From contig CM022674.1 of the NCBI GenBank assembly GCA_012295275.1, forward strand, positions 10,354,001 through 10,418,000: DNA of 64,000 bases, in the 5' to 3' direction. Positions within the stretch are counted from its first letter, which is position 1, and every line of letters begins with the position of its first letter. Positions 13,901-25,379 of this stretch are shown in pieces. Position numbers and translations under genes: made by a program. This DNA comes from Chrysomallon squamiferum (taxonomy: Eukaryota > Animalia > Mollusca). The notes under the pieces are model-generated. The model was not told where the DNA came from, did not search any database, and saw nothing but the letters and a program-made list of their open reading frames with translations.

Positions 13901-16900
13901 ATTGCTGTAAAAAAGATAATAAAGATAAAAATAATAAAGATAAAAAAGATAAAAAGTTAAAAAAGGACATGAAATAATGTGATTTTTGTTGTTACTATCA
14001 TTATTATTATTATTATTATTATAACCAGAGTATATTTAAGTGCTAATAAAATAAATAACTGATGTCATCGGTTTGTATTTTCCAGTGTTTTAAACTTGCC
14101 CTGATATTATATGTCTTCTTAGTTTTAAAGTGATTTTGTATTTCACAGAGAAAGTCAAGTCAAAATTTGACCATTCAGAAGAAGAGAGTGAACCCGAGTC
14201 ACCAATTGCTAATGAAAAAGACCATTTGGACTATATTGAAGCTTCACCCTCAACCTCCCCTGTTGATGAAATATCCAGCCTCCCCCTGTACTTCCCTGCA
14301 ATACAAGGGTGTCGCAATGTAGAGGAGTTTAATTGTCTGAACCGCATTGAGGAAGGAACATACGGAGTTGTGTACCGTGCACGGGACAAGAAAACAAATG
14401 AAATTGTTGCTCTGAAGAGACTAAAGATGGAGAAAGAGAAAGAAGGTTTCCCTATTACAGCTCTGCGAGAGATTAACACATTGTTAAAGTCACAGCACAT
14501 TAATATAGTCACAGTCCGTGTAAGTTTTCTAATTAGACTATTACACTTTTCACGAAACTTTTTGATACTAGTATATTTATTGAACTTTATATTTGTTACA
14601 TAATTCTGAGGTGATATAATTTATGTAATAATTGTCCAAATATTGAAAAAAGATTTTTTTTTTTTAAGCGATAGTTAATTTTAAGATGATATAATTTATG
14701 TAATAATTGTCAGAATAATAATAAAAAAAATAATTTTTTTTTTTTTTTTTTTAGGAGATAGTTGTTGGCAGTAACATGGACAAAATATATCTGGTTATGG
14801 ACTATGTAGAACATGATCTGAAGAGATTAATGGAATCAATGAAGAGCCCATTTCTTGCAGGTAATTTTTTTATATTGTTTTTAGTCATGAATTTATTTGA
14901 TTAGTTACTTAATATTTCTTTACACATGTAAAAATATCTGTGTTTCTGAAACACAGAAAGATTTCTTGGATTTCTTTTTAATATGTCTTTATTAGTTTTT
15001 GTTTTATTAATTTAAATACTGAGAACTTTTAAAAATCTTTACAGGAGAAGTGAAAACGTTGATGCAGCAGCTACTGAGTGCTGTCATTCATCTTCATGAC
15101 AACTGGATTCTGCACCGCGATCTCAAAACATCCAATCTCCTTCTTAGTCACAGAGGCATTCTTAAGGTATGTCTGCAGAAATTAATGATTAATACAGTAA
15201 ACAGTACGTTTTTATGATTAGTTTTAAGCTTTGGCTGTTACATTGTTAAAATCGCAGCTGGTTAAGGCAAAATGATTACAGTTATGATAAAAAATGCACA
15301 TTTAATGGCAGTTTTTACATTATGTTGTAGATTATGATTATGATTATGAATCTGATTTTCCAAATTAATTTTTTAATGAATAATTCAAATTAATTTAATA
15401 TTTTTTATTAATATTTTATTAACAGAATTTCTAGCATTGATTAAACATTTATGACTGATTTCAGTTTTGATATATGCTGGGTTTTTTAGGTTGGTGATTT
15501 TGGTCTTGCTAGAGAGTATGGTTCACCGTTAAAGCATTACACTCCAGTGGTTGTCACACTGTGGTACAGAGCTCCAGAACTGCTGCTTGGGGTCAAGGTA
15601 CGACTGCTTTGTAATCCACTGTTACCTGCACTCGCAGTCAGTCAGTGGGATAAAACTGTAGTGTAGTGTTCTGTTCTTATTAGGAATTGTAGTTTAGATA
15701 CAAATCTTGCTCATAGATATTGATGTGCACTGTAAATCTTACTTAGGAAGAGTATTGATGTCTCTGTAGTCATTTCTTAATCACAGTAGCTATTTATAAG
15801 CATTCATGATTCTCTTAGTCACATTAATGCTTAGTGTTTGTATAATAGTCTCTTCATTAGTGAATTTTTTTTACAAAGTTCAAGAAGCATTGTCATCTAG
15901 GTTATTAATATTTTAGCTTCAGTGCAAATAAAAAGCTTATTTGGTTACTTTACATATGTGTGTGTGTGGTTGCAGGATTTAGATCAGAATATTATGTGAC
16001 CCAGATTATATAGAACACCTATTTCCATGAAAGGCTATCATAGGTTCTTTCGTATCTGGAAAGGTGCACATAGAGTCCTTATTGCTAACTGAGGAAGATT
16101 AGCCAATGGCATGGTGGCATTGGATTCCTCTCTGATACATTTTGTATGGTCATATGTACAATACAACCAAAGATTATAAATGTGTTTAATGCAGTGTTAA
16201 AAAATTTTCCCTTCTGTTTTTACAAGTGCAGAGATTATGTCTCCAACTGTTTCAAACTGATTAAATGTTTAACCTTTTGTTTTAACAGCAATTTTGTTTC
16301 AAACTGATTAGATGTTTAACCTTTTGTTTTAACAGCAATTTTCTTGTTTCAAACTAATTAGATGTTTAACTTTTTGTTTTAACAGCAATATTCTTGTCCT
16401 GTTGACCTGTGGTCAGTTGGCTGCATATTTGCTGAGTTCCTCACAATGAAAGCTCTATGGCCTGGCAAATCAGAGATTGATCAGCTGAACAGAATTTTTA
16501 AAGTAAGTAACTAGAGTTTTCACTGAGTGCAGGTAGAGCAGTAGTTAAATAAATTAGTTATTACAGAATATAACAAATACGCTAATTGTTAGTAGCTGAA
16601 TTCCAATTTTAACTGATTTTGATATGTTTTCTAAATGTAGTCTTTAAATGTAATTTTTCCAGTTTAAGTAATCTGGTGTGGTAAGTATGATGGGATCTAT
16701 GACATCTGTGTTGTTTTTTAGTTATTGTAATTTTGTTTAAATTTATTATTGTTATTGTTATTGTTATTTATTTATTTAAAGGATCTTGGCACTCCAAATA
16801 AAAAGATTTGGCCTGGCGTTGAGGACCTGCCTGTTATGAAGAAGTGTACTTTCACTGATTACCCATACAACACATTACGAAACCGATTTGGTTCTTATCT

Positions 16901-17959
16901 CAGTGATGCAGGATTTGATCTACTCAATAAGTAGGTTTTTATTATAGAGGTTTAAATATTTGGTAATTACAGTGTTATAATGAATATTGGAGAATGGAAT
17001 ATAGAATGAATACTTTCATAAATAAATAAATATATATAATATTTAAACATTACCTGATGCCATATCTGGATAATTGAAAAATGAACTACTTTCAATATTT
17101 TAGGAAAGAGTAGCATAGATTTTAATAATATATAGTGCATAATGCATTAAAAAATAAATTTGGATATTTGTTATATATAATCATTGTTATTCTTTCTGAG
17201 AGTTTTTTTGTGTGTGTGTGATTTTTATATTTTTTTTTTTAATTATTATTAGTATTGGTGTTATTAATGCTTTTATAACTGAATTCAATTAAAAGTTATT
17301 TTTTCTCAAAGATTTTTAACTTATTGCCCTGAACGTCGAATCACTGCTGAAGAGGCAATCAAACATGAATATTTCCGAGAAGCACCACTTCCTGTTGATC
17401 CGTCCATGTTTCCAACGTGGCCTGCCAAGAGTGAGCAGCAGCCCCGCAAACACCAGAGTTCTCCTAAACCTCCTTCAGGAGGAAAAGCATACGCTAAACT
17501 TCTGGTAAGATCTCCTTCGCTATCTTTTTCAGCTAGACTAAGGACTCCTCTGTGGTTAATAAATTATTTATATGAATCACATAACCTTTTATATATTACT
17601 TAACATTTTAAAGTCTCCTGTTGTTATCAAATAAGAATAGTTACCTCTCTGGATTATACATTTTCTTGACAGAAGATAGTAAATGAACTGTAGCTGTAGC
17701 ATCTACATCTGATATTGAATAAATTACTTATTTTGTTTAATATACTTCTTCAATTATAAATCAGGATTGTAATCAAAGTGTTGTTACTTGTTTATTAGAT
17801 CAATTATTTCCCTGGATGCATTTCTATACTAAGCATGTAAAAGTTCAAAAATGATGTTTTATTATTTTTCAGGATGATGAAGAATCTATGGGTTTTCACA
17901 TGAGTAATGCTGTCAAGGGAGCCTCAGCTCAGGGTCCTGGATTTTCTCTCAAATTTTGA
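7961..17959 (+). CDS. CDK11: Cyclin-dependent kinase 11 (PITSLRE-family, p110-type), ~792 aa
   Basis: GT-AG exons, all phase-consistent: 7961-8112, 11193-11365, 11556-11796, 12017-12159, 12360-12485, 12886-13101, 13745-13819, 14149-14519, 14755-14860, 15045-15166, 15490-15597, 16386-16502, 16782-16930, 17312-17504, 17873-17959. RE/RD-rich N-terminus ([17 protein letters not shown]), poly-E tract, kinase motifs [74 protein letters not shown], and C-terminal GPGFSLKF typical of CDK11. Confidence 0.97.
8190..10338 (+). mobile_element. Sola2-like DNA transposon, internally deleted, with degraded transposase N-terminus
   Basis: TIR GGGTCATTCCGTGTCAAATCACCC at both ends; 4-bp TSD TTAC (8186-8189, 10339-10342). 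Relic translation ~9570-10280: [78 protein letters not shown] termini, a 4-bp TSD and these motifs fit Sola2 as I recall it. Confidence 0.85.
14613..14763 (+). repeat. Two-copy local duplication spanning a CDK11 3' splice site
   Basis: GATATAATTTATGTAATAATTGTC...A-run...T-run...GATAGTT at 14613-14676 and 14688-14763. The second copy holds the real TAG|GAGATAGTT acceptor. Confidence 0.8.
15972..16143 (+). ncRNA. Candidate structured intronic RNA (two hairpins followed by ACA-TTT)
   Basis: Nested complementary segments seen by eye: TATGTG/CACATA, CCAGAT/ATCTGG, AGAA/TTCT, CCTAT/ATAGG, then GAGGAA/TTCCTC and CCAATG/CATTGG. ACA at 16137-16139. No canonical H box; family not recognised. Confidence 0.3.
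16248..16397 (+). repeat. Three-copy ~47-50-bp tandem repeat spanning a CDK11 3' splice site
   Basis: Unit TGTTTCAAACT(G/A)ATTA(A/G)ATGTTTAAC(C/T)TTTTGTTTTAACAGCAAT. CAG ends at 16288, 16335 and 16385 (the last is the in-frame acceptor). Confidence 0.92.
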
Positions 17960-19317
17960 TTAACTGTTGATATTAAAATAATTTTCCTGGCCCAGGAAAA
18001 TCATTTCCAGTGAATATTAACACTACAGATTTGAAAAGTGCTGCTGTTATAATTTAAAGAATAAGGAAGAAACAAAACCAATTCTATTCTGTTTGTTAGT
18101 GGAAAATGTTGATCTAACAGTTTTATAAATTTTTTTCAGAAAGGAAAGTGATTGTACACTGAAAGTTTATTCCCAGTTCTGTTTATTGAAATAACTTTTC
18201 TTTGACATTTTTTGGTCGGCCCATTTTTAATAAAATTTTATTTAAAAAAAATAAGAAATAAATAGAGCATGAAACATGAACAGTCACTGGAAATAAAATC
18301 AAGATTTTCTTTGTGTATGTTTATATATACATACATACATATATATATATATGTATATATGTGTATATATATGAATGTATGTGTATATATAATGTATGTA
18401 TATATATATATATAGCAGAAATTATAAATAACTTGAGTTCCAATTCATTATTTTTATTTTCATTTGTTCATTTTATTAGTTTGACATCAATAGTCTGCAT
18501 CATCTGTATGTATTCATAAATGGTTGAATTAAAGAAATTATGTACTTAGAATTGTACAGACCACATTAGTTTGTTTTTTATTTTTTGCAGAAAATGGAGA
18601 ATTGTTTCAATAACTGGTCACACTATATCAAACAAAGACCACAGACTAAATTTTCTTAAAATAAAAATGGAGATCACTTGAAATACCCTCCTTTCAGAAA
18701 ATTTTAATAGCAAAGGCTATTTACTAGATGCAAAAAGTATTGTATGATTCTGTGCATTATCCCATTCTTGGTAACATCTACCTTCATAGCTAACCGTCCA
18801 CTTACGTCCAACAGTCTGATTGATCAATACTGTATATCATTTGATGACACACACAATTTTACTGATTATTAAGTTTGAAATTTTATATATATATATATAT
18901 ATATATTTCAAAATTCATAATCATTAAAATTATGAGGATACATTTTTAGAATTCTATAGTGATTTTTGAAACGTGGATAGTGAATCACAACTTAAAATAC
19001 TGTCTGCACGCACGTACAAATTACGCATGCATTCTCAAACATACAGTGTGACACATACAATGGAAGCTTAAACTGCCAGGAGTCTTTTTAAACATGGTGT
19101 GCATGTCTATCTGCTAAGAAAATGTCACTCAGTTGTTGACAGCATATAAGATACAATAACGTTAACAGTTTCATGACTTTATATCAGCACAAGAAACAGA
19201 ATAACCAACCTCGAAACATTCAGCAAAACCGCTGCAGATGATACTACCAAATATTTGTACAACGAAAACATTTTTAACAACAACGCCATTTAGTTATTAT
19301 TTATTACAATTTTACGC

Positions 19318-19447
19318 AAATAACTCCAACATAATTAGCAAATTCATGGTCTAAGGGAAATAACTCCAACATACTTAGCAAATTCGTGGTCTAAGGGAAA
19401 TAACTCCAACATAATCAGCAAATTCATGGTCTAAGGGAAATAACTCT
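19318..19447. repeat. 40-bp minisatellite, ~3.2 copies
   Basis: Unit AAATAACTCCAACATAATTAGCAAATTCATGGTCTAAGGG, near-identical copies. Confidence 0.95.
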
Positions 19448-20037
19448 ATTTTACGTTAAGACTCGAATCCTACAAAGAATACATTTCAATAAAACAAATA
19501 AGAATAGAACAGACTAAAATAAATTTCAGATATCAAGTATTAAGTTAATACATCCACCCCCACAAATGTTAAACAATATTAGTGATTATATGAAATTCTA
19601 AAAACATATATTGTATTTCTAAAAAGAAATGGAAATACTTTTATTATAGCCAACATTTCTATTGCGTTCTTATTATTATTACATTTATTTATTTATTTAT
19701 TGATTTATTATAAATGTTCCCTAATGCCGTAAATACATAAAAATGCTGACAAATATTTGGTCTGGAATTTTAAAATATATTTTCTGATGTAATAATTTAG
19801 GTAGGTAATGTAGTCTATAATTGCTTTAAAATAATTATTTTCCTTAATATTTATAGGAAACTCGAAATATTATTTAAGAGTTATTATCATATTTATTTAT
19901 TTATAATTTAATAATAATTGTTGGAATAAAAATTACGGACTCTTGGGTAATTTCGCGATAGAGCAATTAATGAAGAAGGATTAAAATAATGGAAAAAACA
20001 CCCATAATAATAATGAATAAAGTATATTATTGGTCAG

Positions 20038-20042
<5 letters not shown>

Positions 20043-20109
<67 letters not shown>
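20043..20109. repeat. (CA)n microsatellite
   Basis: Perfect CA run. Confidence 0.97.
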
Positions 20110-20111
<2 letters not shown>

Positions 20112-20520
20112 TAGATTATGCTTGGCTATGACAACTAATAATAAAATTCTAATTAAAAATATTTAAAAACGAACCCTAAGATTGAAGAGGCAAATAATTA
20201 GATTTCAAATATTTTTTCTATCGATAGCAGGAAAAAAATTACACATTGATATCGTTGCAGATAAACCTATTCATGCGGCATGGTCTCAAGAGAAAAAAGG
20301 AGCGTTTATTTCTGAGCAAGAAAGTCTTATGACCATACAAAAATGCGCAAGATAACGAAAGCTCCATAAAAATCAAATGTATGTGATAATTTTTTTTTAA
20401 TGAATGCTGAGACAGTTGTTTCGAGTCTGTTACGTGACACACTTTAAATATCACTGCTTTAATTTGTATAATATTCTCCGAACACAAACGAAAACAGACA
20501 ATGTCAACAATATACAAATA

Positions 20521-20524
<4 letters not shown>

Positions 20525-20598
<74 letters not shown>
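20525..20598. repeat. (CT)n microsatellite
   Basis: Perfect CT run. Confidence 0.97.
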
Positions 20599-20600
<2 letters not shown>

Positions 20601-20769
20601 ATATGGCAAACTCTCAGAAATACGTAATACTAAATGAATTTATTGTACGGTTTATTTATTTCAAAACGGAATATAGGTCAGTATTGTATTGTATTCAACA
20701 GCAAATTAAAAATAGAAAAAAACCTGTATTTAATTTCTCAACTTTATTTTTTATTTAGTTTAGCTGTCA

Positions 20770-21220
20770 AAGGTGCAGTCGCGTGGCCCCAGGCATGCAA
20801 ATGGGGGGCATCCAATCAGAGAAAAGAACTTAATAAATTTGTTATCTATATTACGGAAATACAATAAACACGAAAATAGACAAAAGCAGATCTTTAGTCT
20901 CGTTTATTTAGAAAGTAAAAAAACTGGATTCACGCGATAGAGACTTCCAGTTTTGTAACCAATCAGTTTACGAAACGGATAAGGGAAGACAAGTAGGGGC
21001 AAGTTTAAGAGCGATTTTGACAGATATATCATTTAGTTTCAACATTATTTTATGACCTTATCAGTAACACAGTTATTAATGGATTACGATTAATTGCAGT
21101 GCTTAGGAGGACAGATACATGTGTGCGAGATCCAGATATTAAATGTTACTCCAGCATAGTCTTTGCATTAAACTTAATTCAACTGGATAAAAGAGGCCCG
21201 TAGAGGGTGCCAATAATTAT
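20770..21220 (+). promoter_or_regulatory. Putative CCDC150 promoter region
   Basis: Relative CpG enrichment and CCAAT boxes (CCAATCAG at ~20812 and ~20959, CCAAT at ~21210) upstream of the acceptor at 21831 that opens the first coding exon. Confidence 0.35.
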
Positions 21221-21877
21221 GTATCAATATCATGTATGTTATTGTTATTTCCCATCTTACATATTTATTTATTCTAAGCATTGTAACAAGGACACTACTT
21301 ATCGTCCTTATTTCCCATTCTGTCTTTATTATTTTTATAACATACATTTCAGACTCGGGTGTTGTAAATAAATATATTTTTATACTGTTACAGAATTATG
21401 ACAATTTTATTTAGAAATTAGTATCTTGATTTAATATCAGTTTTAAATATGTGGTAAATCATTCATACATTTCGATACTTAGTTATTTTCTTTGTTAAAT
21501 ATTTTAACATTATAAATATTTATTTAGATTAGCCAGTTATAGAGATAGCTTCACTATTGATACCTGTATTATAAATTAATTACTGCTGGTGCAAGCTTCT
21601 CTGGCGTGATTTTGCTGCTAAATTACTCTTATTTTAAATATACTGTATCTCAGTTAATTAATAAGATTACATAAATAATTAAGTTATTATTTTTTACTTT
21701 TCATTAGTTGATGAACTTGGTTAACTTTTTATGCATATTTATGGAACAGCACACAAGATCACATTTTGTTTGCAGCTTGACTATTTTAATTCCCTACACA
21801 GGTCATATTTTTTTTCTTTTTTTCATATCAGGATTTTATTGGAGAAATGTAAAAAAAGTAACTGAACAGGTTCCACC

Positions 21878-24800
21878 ATGGCAAGACCAGTTATCTCCCC
21901 TTCTTCAGCAGGATCTCCATGCCATCAAACAGTTGATATTCTGGAACAGCGACTTCAAGCTGCAGAAAATGACACAAGAGAGTTACTACAACATCTTGGA
22001 ACTATGGGCTTTGAGCGTCCAACAACAATTAATGATTCCCCAAATGGAGATATAGTCAACACTGTCAGTCCATTTCAAAATGGAACACCTGACATGGAAA
22101 TATTAAAGAACAGTTATGAGAAACTAGTGTCAAGAGTATGTCGTCAAGAAAGTGCAATTCAAACACTGAAACTAGCTTTACTTAATATTCAGGGAAATCA
22201 TGATCTAAAAAACAAAGTGGGAATTGATGCAGAAGAAAAATGGCTTGAAGCAAAGCAGAGTTATGAAAGTCACATCACTAAACTGAGGCGGGAAATTAAG
22301 AATCTCAGAGAAGATGTGAAACATGAAGCAGATGCCAAAATGAGGCTGAAGAGTGATGTTAAAAAACTGCAAGCTGCACTTGATGATGCAACAAAAACAC
22401 GAGTATTAAAAATTAATCATATTTATATTTTATTATTAACAATTGTTAGGTGTCATTAATACAATTTCTTCTGTAAATGATGACTTGAGAGATGAAACCT
22501 GTTGAAGACAATAAAAGAATTTTATGAACTGAAAGCAAATGATCTGTTTTTTTGTACTTGACCATATATTGAAAAGCACATAATATTCTGTATAAACAAG
22601 TGATAGAGCAATGTCTGAAAAGGGAAATTACCGCTTTAATAAATTTGAAAATAGAGATTATTACAATGATAAAACTTAAATTAATTAATTTTATTTTTAA
22701 ATATATATTTATATTTTTCATTGTTATTCTGGTTCTTCATTTCTGACAACATAATTTACTGAGATATTCTAGATACATAATTATAATTGATTTCACTCAG
22801 AGTCATATTTCTTTGATGTTCAGTTTTACTTTTCAGGCAGAAGCAGCTGTAACAGCTGATGACTTGTCACAAACAAAGCAGAAACTGATTCGCAGGATTA
22901 ATGAGTTGAAAGACGAACTGGCAATGGAAACAAGTTTGAGATCAAGTCTAGAAGAATCTCATAACACACTGCTTACCCGAGTCCGGGAGCTCGATTCTGT
23001 AGTAGAAACAGAACGAGAAGAAGTATTTATTTAATGATAATGATTCAAAAAAATAATAATACATTAAAACAAAGATAATAATAATAATAATAATATTCCA
23101 AAGAATTTAAACAGATAACAGCAGTAATTATAAAAATAACTGATTGAATAATAATAAAAATAACATGACAATAATTACTTTAAATTAATTAATTTAGGAA
23201 AGTAAAATATTTTAACTAAATAATAATAAACAGTTTAAATAAGTAAATAATTATTTTGAAAGAAATAATAGACATTAGTTTAAATGAATAATACATATTC
23301 AAAAACAGGTAAGCAAGCTGACCACAGCCTGCAACATGTTAAACTCAGAAGTGAGCAAACTAAGTAGTGAGCTTTCTCGAGAACGCAGCTTGAGACTGGA
23401 ATTAGAAAACTCTTTCTCAACACTTGCTTCTGACCATGGTAAACCCTTGTGTTTTAAACTCGGTTTTAAATTTTATAACTATTCAAGTACTAAATCTATT
23501 ACTACTCCATGGAATTCTTGACTTATTTAGATGGATCAGTCTGTACATCCTTCTTTAAAATATCAGAGCAGAACTACTGTGTCACAAATAATTGTTAAAT
23601 TAAAAATAAAATATATCTGGTAATTGCTAAGTAAGTATAGAGCAGTGAACATCAGGAAGATATGTAATATTTGTATAAAAGGATGGAATGGATGCCTTTT
23701 TTTCACTGAGATGTCAAATTAAAAATAACTAAGAATATCCATAAAAATAACATTTACATATTTTAAAATCAAAAGCATTTATAATTCTTCATATTAACTT
23801 TTTATCCAGCCACCTGTTTTCATTGTCTGTGTATATTTATTGTAGATCATTTAACAGAGAACTTGCAGTCAGCCGAGTCTGATCGTGATATTGCAATGTC
23901 AGAACTTGGCAAGTTTCACAACCAGTATGAAGATCTGATGCAGCAGATTGACAAAACTCAGGAAATTATAGATCAGCAGAAGGTTTGTAGTAGTGTTGAT
24001 TATTAACACTGACACTGGGACAGAATTGTTGCATAGTGTCAGTATACAGGATGAATTTCCTTGTTATCAGCGGTTGTGGTTCTTTTTTTGCTGTTTATTA
24101 CAAAAGTTCATACAGTAGTGTTTTCTGCTCTTTTGAAAAGAGTTGTCCATGAAGTGATGGCACTTTACTATTATCATTATACAGTTTTTGTGTTTTTGTT
24201 TTACAGAATGATATTAATTTCTTACAAAATGAAAACCTAAAGTTAAAGAATTTGTTGGAAACAGCCACTGCTGAACAAGAAAGATTACGAGCTCTTCATC
24301 AACAAGAAGTGAAGGTAAATTTAGCAGAAGAACAATATTTTTCTTGTATTTGCACAACATTCCTACTGCTTGGAATATAACTGTCAACATTTGGCAGAAA
24401 ATTTTGGTAAAAGAAATCAGAATGAAAACTAAATAATTACACCTACACAATTTAAAAATCTTTGTTAGGAGTTCACACTATTAAAGTAGTTTGAAATATT
24501 TTATTATTAGAAAAATATGCTACTTCACTTTATATTTAATATTAAAGCAAAAACATTTTGAAATATTTTTATCTGCTCTAAATAATTAGGATAAGAGTTT
24601 TATTTTGTATTAAATATGAATGTACATGAATACTTGAGAAATTAGTAGTATGGGTTTTCATACGTCAGACTGTATTTGGTTTTATCTTTTTATCATCATC
24701 ATCATTGTTGTTGTTGTTATTTTACTGTACATAAATTTGTTTTGAAGGTTGAACAGACTTGGTTTAGTGAAAGAGTATCTCTGGAAGAAGAGGCTGTCCG

Positions 24801-25314
24801 TTTAAGAATGAAAGGGAGAGAACTGGAGTCAGAAAACCGTGACCTTCACAGTAAAGTGTATGTTTAATTCACTGTTATAAATATTTTCAGTTGACAATGA
24901 TTATAAACTAGATATTTTCCAGTGATAAATACAATTTACATCTATTGTTTTTAAATTTTGTGTTATAGTTCTCGACTAGAATCTGAACTCTCTAATGCAA
25001 GAAACCAGATAAACACCAAAGACAGGGAGTTTAAGAATGCTGCAGAAAACCTCGAGCGAGAGCTGGATTCACTGAGACAGCAACAGAAGTACTTGCAGGA
25101 GGAGAAGCAGGCAGTGCTTGCTGACAAAGACAACTTGTTAGAAGAGGTTCATCTTTTAATTTTACAGCCTTAAATTATTTTTCCTTTATTTGTCATCATG
25201 TTGATATCAGTGCTAAAAACACAGAGTTGAGGTGTTATATGTCACAGGATCTAGTCTGGGCTATTTTCAACTCAGATAGTGTTCATTTATTGGTTTACAT
25301 ACATACATGCATAC

Positions 25315-25379
<65 letters not shown>

